Origin: Candidatus Nitrospira inopinata
GTDB taxonomy: Bacteria > Nitrospirota > Nitrospiria > Nitrospirales > Nitrospiraceae
Reading direction: 5' to 3'
Assembly: GCF_001458695.1 (NCBI RefSeq)
Contig: NZ_LN885086.1
Span: 900,001 to 932,000 of the forward strand
DNA: 32,000 bases
The notes beneath the pieces are model-generated. The model saw only the letters and a program-made list of their open reading frames with translations, did no database searches and was not told where the DNA came from. The translations under genes and the position numbers were made by a program. This document shows positions 26,675 through 32,000 of this stretch, one piece after another (position 1 is the first letter of the stretch; each line of letters opens with the position of its first letter).

Positions 26675-27325
26675 CTAAAAGTACCATTCGGGACGAACCT
26701 CTACACTTGGCGGAGGATTCAAGCCCGCGAGCGCTGTAGTTGCGCGCAAATGGATGGCAGCCGATCGAACGCCGACACGCTCGACAAGCGTAAATGGGAA
26801 TTTCTCGTACAGCAGGAACTCGGCCTGCTTCCGCTCCTTGATATCAGAGTCTCGGAAATCCCGAGATGCTATTGCGTTCCAGTCGAGATCGCCCAGATTC
26901 CCTACGGTTGCGTAGAACTCGGTGTAGTAGGCGCCAGCGTTGGAGAGCGAGAATGCCCATCGCACGCCATTGGTATCTGCCCACTGAACGACGGTGTGCA
27001 GATCCGCTTCCAAGTGCACGATGGGCTCCTGCCCGCCACAGTAGATCAGCTCTAGGTGATTTGCACGATGGATCACGTATAGCATCACCGAGCGAGGACA
27101 AAAATAGAAGGGAACGTACTCGCCAACCTTGGTCCCGGTGTGGCAATGAACCTCCAACTCCTCAAGCCGTCTGCGCTTGATCCCGGACATGCCGATCGTC
27201 TGAATAGGTCCACCGGAGGTGAGCATCGCTCTGTCCGACAGCAACCCACCGCATCTAACGATGCCGGGCAAGTTGTCCACGTGCGTAATGTGGTAGATCT
27301 TGGGGCGCGAGGGCGGTGTGCTCAT
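26675..27325 (-). CDS. darT: DarT-type (DUF4433) ssDNA ADP-ribosyltransferase toxin
   Basis: 216 aa: KIYHITHVDNLPGIVRCGGLLS..GEYVPFYFCPRSVMLY..WAFSLSNAG.., with the catalytic-Glu context KERKQAEFLLYEKFPF. Paired with a macrodomain gene. Confidence 0.85.
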   Translation of the reverse strand: MSTPPSRPKIYHITHVDNLPGIVRCGGLLSDRAMLTSGGPIQTIGMSGIKRRRLEELEVHCHTGTKVGEYVPFYFCPRSVMLYVIHRANHLELIYCGGQEPIVHLEADLHTVVQWADTNGVRWAFSLSNAGAYYTEFYATVGNLGDLDWNAIASRDFRDSDIKERKQAEFLLYEKFPFTLVERVGVRSAAIHLRATTALAGLNPPPSVEVRPEWYF

Positions 27326-27449
27326 GTTGCCATGGTCTCAAGTTACGGCCCGATCATGGGGGCAGGCCGGCGGACCGCCCGTCGGGATCATAATCTCATC
27401 GGCAGGTATATCCAAGTGCTCCCCTGCTCCGATCCCCCAAGGTCATCGC

Positions 27450-29504
27450 TTACGCTCCCGCGCACCCGCCACCGGTCAATTCGCCAAGTATGTGCACAAT
27501 GTCCTGCTCAATGGAGCGGATGTCCGCCTCGATGTCCTCCAACGGTCGAGGCGGCTGGTACGTATAGAAATACCGGTTGAAGTTGATCTCGTAGCCGACC
27601 TTGCCGACTTGGCCATCCTTGTGGTCCACGACGGCACGGTTGATCCAGGCATCCTGGACGTGCGGCTTCACTTCCCGGTCAAAGTAGGCCTGAATGTCTT
27701 CTTTGAGCGGCACGTTCTCGGTATCACGCAGTTCGGGGTCCGGCTCCGGGTTGCCGTCCTCATCCCGGCAAATCTCGGCGGTCTCGTCCCGTTCGGACAG
27801 GGCGTTCAGAATCGCTTCGCGCAGCGACTTGGAGAGTTTTAGGTCCACCTTTTCCTGTGCCTTGTCGAGTTCTTCGATGAACCGCGCTCGGTCTTTGAAG
27901 AGAGTAGACGGAAGGGTCTGAAGCATGGCCAGAATGGCCCCCTGTTTCTTTCGACCTTCCTCTTCCTCCTTGACCCTTTCCTTCGCATGCTTCTTTTTGC
28001 TGACCGCCAAATTCTTCAACGCCGTTTGTTCATTCAGCCTAGCAATCCGTTCAGGGCTGGCCTGGAAGTTGAGCCGCAGCGGGCACTCGACGGTGATCTT
28101 GCGGTAGCCGAAGTCGGTCGTGTTGAAGATCTTGCAGTGCTCGCCTTCCCTGAACGCCGTGAACAGGTCGGTGATCTGCTGAATCTGCTCCGCCGAGATT
28201 TCCCGCCGCTTGTCGCCGAGGCTCCGGCGCATCGGGACCCAAAAGCTGGAGGCGTTGATAAGCTGCACCTTGCCCCTGCGCTTCCTTTCTTTCCGGTTCG
28301 TGAGCACCCATACATAAGTGGCGATGCCGGTATTGTAGAAAAGCTGCTCCGGCATGGCGATGAGGGCTTCCAGCCAGTCGTTCTCCAGAATCCAGCGACG
28401 GATTTCGCTCTCGCCGCTTCCGGCGTCGCCCGTGAAGAGCGGCGAGCCGTTCATGATGATGGCCACGCGGCTGCCGCCGTCTTTCGTGTCCTTCATCCGG
28501 TTGAGCATGTGCTGGAGAAAGAGCAGTTGGCCGTCGCTGATTCGCGGGAGGCCGGCCCCGAACCGGCCGGCATGACCGCGCTCGTGTTCCGCCTCGACGG
28601 CCTCTTGGTCGCGTTTCCAGTCCTTGCCATAGGGAGGATTCGCCAGGAGGTAGTCGAACTGCTTGTCCGCGTGCTTGTCATTGGAGAGGACGCTGCCAAA
28701 GGCAATGTTCTCGGCGTCCCGGCCATCTGGGCTGGTCATCAACATATCCGCTTTGGAGACCGCCCAGGTTTCAGGATTGACTTCCTGGCCGAACAAGTAC
28801 ACGTCGGCATGTGGGTTGATTTCCAGAATCCGCTCTTTGGCGATGGTGAGCATGCCGCCCGACCCACAGCAGGGGTCGGCCACGGTGCGCACGATATGGT
28901 TCTTGGCGAGCACGTCTTTGTCCTGCGCCAGCAGCAGGTTCACCATGAGCCGGATGACTTCGCGCGGCGTGAAGTGCTCGCCGGGGTTCTCGTCGAGGGC
29001 TTCGTTGAACTTGCGGATGAGCTCTTCGAAGATGTAGCCCATCTCATGGTTGGAGACCTTGTCGGGATGCAAGTCAATCGTTTTGAACCGCTCCATGACT
29101 TGGAAGAGCAACCCAGCCTCGTCGAGCTTCTTGATCGTGTTGTCGAAATCGAACTTCTCCAAGACCTCCTTCATGTTCGGGGAGAAGCCGTTGATGTAGT
29201 TACGCAGATTGGCAGCCAGGTTCGGCGCGTCGGCCAGCAGCTTGTCGAAGTCGTAGCGTGACGTATTGTAGAAGGCGTAGCCGGAGACTTTGCACAAGCG
29301 TGGCGCCGGGTTCTCCAGCTTCTTGGCCTTGAGCTTGGCATTTTCTTCTAGAACTTTTTCTTTCGTCGGCGCCAGCACGCAGTCGATGCGCCGCAGGACC
29401 GTGAAGGGCAGGATGACGTCCTGATACTTGCCACGCTTGAACGTGTCACGGATCAAATCCGCCACGTTCCAAATGAAGCTGACTTTCTCGCCGAAGTTGT
29501 TCAT
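27450..29504 (-). CDS. hsdM: Type I restriction-modification DNA methyltransferase subunit (HsdM), N6-adenine
   Basis: 684 aa. HsdM N-terminal domain (IWNVADLIRDTFKRGKYQDVILPFTVLRRID), SAM motif I (VADPCCGSGGML), and catalytic motif IV (YLLANPPYGKDW). Confidence 0.9.
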   Translation of the reverse strand: MNNFGEKVSFIWNVADLIRDTFKRGKYQDVILPFTVLRRIDCVLAPTKEKVLEENAKLKAKKLENPAPRLCKVSGYAFYNTSRYDFDKLLADAPNLAANLRNYINGFSPNMKEVLEKFDFDNTIKKLDEAGLLFQVMERFKTIDLHPDKVSNHEMGYIFEELIRKFNEALDENPGEHFTPREVIRLMVNLLLAQDKDVLAKNHIVRTVADPCCGSGGMLTIAKERILEINPHADVYLFGQEVNPETWAVSKADMLMTSPDGRDAENIAFGSVLSNDKHADKQFDYLLANPPYGKDWKRDQEAVEAEHERGHAGRFGAGLPRISDGQLLFLQHMLNRMKDTKDGGSRVAIIMNGSPLFTGDAGSGESEIRRWILENDWLEALIAMPEQLFYNTGIATYVWVLTNRKERKRRGKVQLINASSFWVPMRRSLGDKRREISAEQIQQITDLFTAFREGEHCKIFNTTDFGYRKITVECPLRLNFQASPERIARLNEQTALKNLAVSKKKHAKERVKEEEEGRKKQGAILAMLQTLPSTLFKDRARFIEELDKAQEKVDLKLSKSLREAILNALSERDETAEICRDEDGNPEPDPELRDTENVPLKEDIQAYFDREVKPHVQDAWINRAVVDHKDGQVGKVGYEINFNRYFYTYQPPRPLEDIEADIRSIEQDIVHILGELTGGGCAGA

Positions 29505-29574
29505 CGCTCCAATCTCATCTCGCTCCGAAACACAGACGACAAGCTTGACGGCGCCCAGCTTGGGCCGCAGCCGC

Positions 29575-29745
29575 TCAATTTGGATCTGGGAGCCAGTTGC
29601 TCTTTACCGTGGTCTTCTTTTTGATCTCGCGACAATTCGGACAATGATACGGACGTAGTCCATGCGGCTCGGTCGGATGAGAAGTCGCAGCCACTACATC
29701 TCGGGGAGGGTGCTTGTGACCGAACTTGCAGATCATGACTGCCAT
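29575..29745 (-). CDS. Small hypothetical protein (56 aa) with a possible zinc-ribbon-like Cys/His pattern
   Basis: MAVMICKFGHKHPP..RPYHCPNCREIKKK.., read from ATG 29745 (GGGAAGGG upstream). It is the first ORF of the island on the tRNA side, 70 nt upstream of hsdM. Coding status is uncertain. Confidence 0.35.
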   Translation of the reverse strand: MAVMICKFGHKHPPRDVVAATSHPTEPHGLRPYHCPNCREIKKKTTVKSNWLPDPN

Positions 29746-29879
29746 TGACCCTTCCCTATAGGTATTGGGGTTTTGGAGAGGGATACGCCACTTCCTGTGG
29801 GAAATCAACCCGGTTTGCGAGGCAAGACGGGGCATGAATGGAGGCAATCTTCGGCGCCCTGGTTCCCCGTTGATTGTGG

Positions 29880-29955
29880 TGGTGAGCCGGCTGGGACTCG
29901 AACCCAGGGCCCTCGCCTTAAAAGGGCGATGCTCTACCGACTGAGCTACCGGCTC
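29880..29955 (-). tRNA. tRNA-Lys (anticodon UUU)
   Basis: Minus strand: GAGCCGG-TA-GCTCAGTCGGTAGAGC-A-TCGCC-CTTTTAA-GGCGA-GGGCC-CTGGG-TTCGAGT-CCCAG-CCGGCTC-A-CCA. This folds into a full cloverleaf with the anticodon loop CTTTTAA and an encoded CCA end. Confidence 0.9.
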
Positions 29956-30069
29956 ACGTGATGAGGCGTGGTTCGTGAAGCGTCAACCGTCAATCGACAC
30001 ACGGAACGAGTCCAGGAAAACGAGCCTCCATCCTACCATCGACGGCTGACGATTGACCATCGACGATTG

Positions 30070-31383
30070 TCAGCGTTTTAAACGGCGGGGAGAACAGTCC
30101 AACGGATTGCGAAGCATGATCGTTTCGGCCCGTTTGGAGCCGGTCGAAATCATGTCGATTCGACATTGAACCAGTTCTTCAATGCGGCCCAGGTACCGTT
30201 TGGCTTCCATGGGCAGCCGCTTGTATGTCGTGGCGCCCGTCGTCGAAGCGACCCATCCCTTCATCCGTTGGTACACCGGCCGACAGTCGGTCAAGACGTC
30301 GAGATCCGAGGGCATGTCTTTATAGAGCTTCTCTCCGTGCCGGTATCCGGTGCAGAGCAGCACTTCCCGGTGCCCATCGAGCACATCGAGCTTGGTCAGC
30401 GCGAGCGACGTGAGGCCGTTCACCTGCGCGGCGTACCGTACAAGGACGGCGTCGAACCAGCCGCACCGTCGAGGGCGTCCGGTGGTCGATCCGAATTCAT
30501 TTCCACGCTCTTGCAACCGTTGACCGGTCTCTTCAGTCAGCTCGGTCGGAAACGGACCGCTGCCCACCCTGGTCGTATAGGCCTTTGCGATGCCCAACAC
30601 GCCGTCGATCATCGTGGGGCCGACCCCCGTGCCGGTGCAGGCGCCGCCAGCCGAAGCGCTGGAGGACGTCACGTAGGGATAGGTGCCGAAATCCACGTCG
30701 AGGTGCGTCCCTTGCGCGCCCTCGAAAAGAATCGTCTTGTTCTTCCGAATCTCCCGATTGAGCAACGTGGTCGTATCGGTGACATGGCTTCTGAGACGGT
30801 CGGCGTAGCCCATGTACTGGTGAAACACCTTGTCGACTTGATAAGTCTCGACCTTGTGAAACTGTTCCAAAAACCAATTCATCTCGACGAGATTTTCTTC
30901 CAGCTTCCTTCTGAACAGCGGAGGATTGAGGAGATCGCCCACGCGAATGCCGATCCTCGCCATTTTATCGGCATAGGAAGGACCGATCCCGCGGCCCGTG
31001 GTCCCGATGCGCCGCGACCCCTTCGACTGTTCCGACGCGCGCTCGATCGCCTTGTGGTACGGCAAGATGAGATGCGCACGGTCGCTCACGGCGAAGTTCT
31101 TGCCGATCGCGACGCCCTTGGTCTGGAGTTGATCCATTTCTTCGATCAAAGCGCCCGGGTCCACCACCACGCCGTTGCCGATCGCGCAGGTGACGCCTCG
31201 GTACAAAATACCGGACGGAATCAGGTGAAAGACGTACGTGCCCCGCTCGTTGATGACCGTATGGCCCGCGTTCGAGCCGCCTTGATAGCGCACCACGACG
31301 TCGGCGTCCCGGGCCAAGATGTCCACGATCTTGCCCTTGCCTTCATCACCCCATTGGGCGCCGATAATGACCAAATTGCCCAT
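30070..31383 (-). CDS. purA: Adenylosuccinate synthase
   Basis: 437 aa: MGNLVIIGAQWGDEGKGKIVD (P-loop), GGSNAGHTV, GTTGRGIGPSYADK, and LTKLDVL blocks. Confidence 0.95.
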   Translation of the reverse strand: MGNLVIIGAQWGDEGKGKIVDILARDADVVVRYQGGSNAGHTVINERGTYVFHLIPSGILYRGVTCAIGNGVVVDPGALIEEMDQLQTKGVAIGKNFAVSDRAHLILPYHKAIERASEQSKGSRRIGTTGRGIGPSYADKMARIGIRVGDLLNPPLFRRKLEENLVEMNWFLEQFHKVETYQVDKVFHQYMGYADRLRSHVTDTTTLLNREIRKNKTILFEGAQGTHLDVDFGTYPYVTSSSASAGGACTGTGVGPTMIDGVLGIAKAYTTRVGSGPFPTELTEETGQRLQERGNEFGSTTGRPRRCGWFDAVLVRYAAQVNGLTSLALTKLDVLDGHREVLLCTGYRHGEKLYKDMPSDLDVLTDCRPVYQRMKGWVASTTGATTYKRLPMEAKRYLGRIEELVQCRIDMISTGSKRAETIMLRNPLDCSPRRLKR

Positions 31384-31630
31384 TGGCAGCCGTTCCCGTC
31401 CCGCCGGTGAACACGAAAAAATGGCTCTGACCTGCCTCCGAGATCAGAGCCGCGGAGCGCCATGGTAGGATTCTCGCTCGGCCTTTGTCAAGCCGGTCCT
31501 CACCCGTGCTTCCCTTCCAGGTTCAGGCTGGGAAGCCCAGCGATCCGCAATGCTTGATCTTGAGTCGTCCTACAAATCACGAACGGAACGGGGGCGAAGG
31601 GTCGGTCTCCGGAGGGGGCGGGAGGTTTTC

Positions 31631-31659
31631 TTGACTGGCCTAGACCTGCGTGTTAGCAT
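31631..31659 (+). promoter_or_regulatory. Sigma70-like promoter upstream of tRNA-Ala
   Basis: TTGACT (31631-31636), a 17-nt spacer, then TAGCAT (31654-31659), about 47 nt upstream of the tRNA 5' end. Confidence 0.4.
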
Positions 31660-31706
31660 GCCCTCCACCTTGCACGTTCAATCCGTCGGAATATCCAAAT
31701 GAGCGT

Positions 31707-31782
31707 GGGGCTGTGGCGCAGCTGGGAGCGCGCGTGAATGGCATTCACGAGGTCGCGGGTTCAATCCCCGCCAGCTCCACCA
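31707..31782 (+). tRNA. tRNA-Ala (anticodon GGC)
   Basis: GGGGCTG-TG-GCGC-AGCTGGGA-GCGC-G-CGTGA-ATGGCAT-TCACG-AGGTC-GCGGG-TTCAATC-CCCGC-CAGCTCC-A-CCA. The G3:U70 pair is the Ala identity element. The anticodon is GGC. Confidence 0.9.
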
Positions 31783-31894
31783 TACCAACCCGTGGATGAA
31801 CCGCGTACTCCTTCTCGTCTTATCGAAAGCGATGTGCACGGAGAGAGTCTTCGGTCCTCTTAGCGCCGGCCACTCGCGTATCGCCTAGCGTTGC

Positions 31895-32000
31895 ATGCTG
31901 CAGATCGATTCCGTCAGCAAACAATATTCGACCAAGGTGCTGCTCACCGAAGCATCCGCGCATCTTCGGCCCAATTCACGAGTCGGCCTGGTCGGCCCGA
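31895..32000 (+). CDS. ABC transporter-type ATP-binding protein (possibly ABC-F), first 35 codons only
   Basis: MLQIDSVSKQYSTKVLLTEASAHLRPNSRVGLVGP.. is the canonical lead-in to a Walker A loop (GxVGxNGxGKS), which is cut by the window end. Confidence 0.55.
   Translation, partial: MLQIDSVSKQYSTKVLLTEASAHLRPNSRVGLVGP

Noticed and set aside
27987-29261. 424-aa plus-strand ORF
   Set aside because: It is antisense to hsdM (clear NPPYG and SAM motifs on the minus strand), has no recognisable domain and is a shadow ORF.
29958-30069. Short inverted repeats (GTCAATCG ... CGATTGAC) between tRNA-Lys and the purA stop
   Set aside because: The arms are about 55 nt apart with no stable stem or U-tract. 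They may contribute to purA termination, but the evidence is too weak to call a terminator.
30166-31410. 414-aa plus-strand ORF
   Set aside because: It is antisense to purA, which is unmistakable. It has a shadow-ORF composition.

Overview
High-GC (about 60% by eye) bacterial chromosomal segment. It is gene-dense and mostly transcribed on the minus strand. I see five blocks.

(1) 1-9.1 kb: one long minus-strand acyl-CoA / branched-chain amino-acid catabolic operon. It holds 2-oxoacid dehydrogenase E1alpha-E1beta-E2, a thiolase, 3-hydroxybutyryl-CoA dehydrogenase, a split B12-dependent acyl-CoA mutase with an MBL-fold hydrolase between its two subunits, and methylcrotonyl-CoA carboxylase beta (cut by the window edge).

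(2) 9.2-12.8 kb: a PRTase-like gene and a tyrosine-catabolic trio (half-size HPPD-like dioxygenase, homogentisate 1,2-dioxygenase, FAH-family hydrolase) behind a palindromic operator.

(3) 12.9-16.7 kb, plus strand: a CADD/heme-oxygenase-like di-iron protein, an HTH protein with an unassignable C-terminal domain, and a long acyl-CoA dehydrogenase.

(4) 16.7-29.9 kb: a roughly 13 kb defence island abutting the 3' end of tRNA-Lys(UUU). It is a type I restriction-modification operon in the order hsdM ... hsdS ... hsdR. Interleaved in it, all on the same strand, are DarT/DarG, a small GIY-YIG nuclease, an HTH-ImmA/IrrE peptidase + DUF4411-like PIN nuclease pair, a relic hsdS 3' end, and AbiEi/AbiEii (the toxin gene is frame-disrupted). 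I saw no integrase or transposase.

(5) purA, tRNA-Ala(GGC), and the first codons of an ABC ATPase.

The best candidate for an uncharacterised system is the translationally coupled HTH-metallopeptidase / PIN-like pair at 21.96-23.61 kb. Together with the GIY-YIG gene it is bracketed by 87-nt direct repeats that are fused to hsdS 3' ends.

All calls come from reading the translations and the DNA by eye. No database search was possible.
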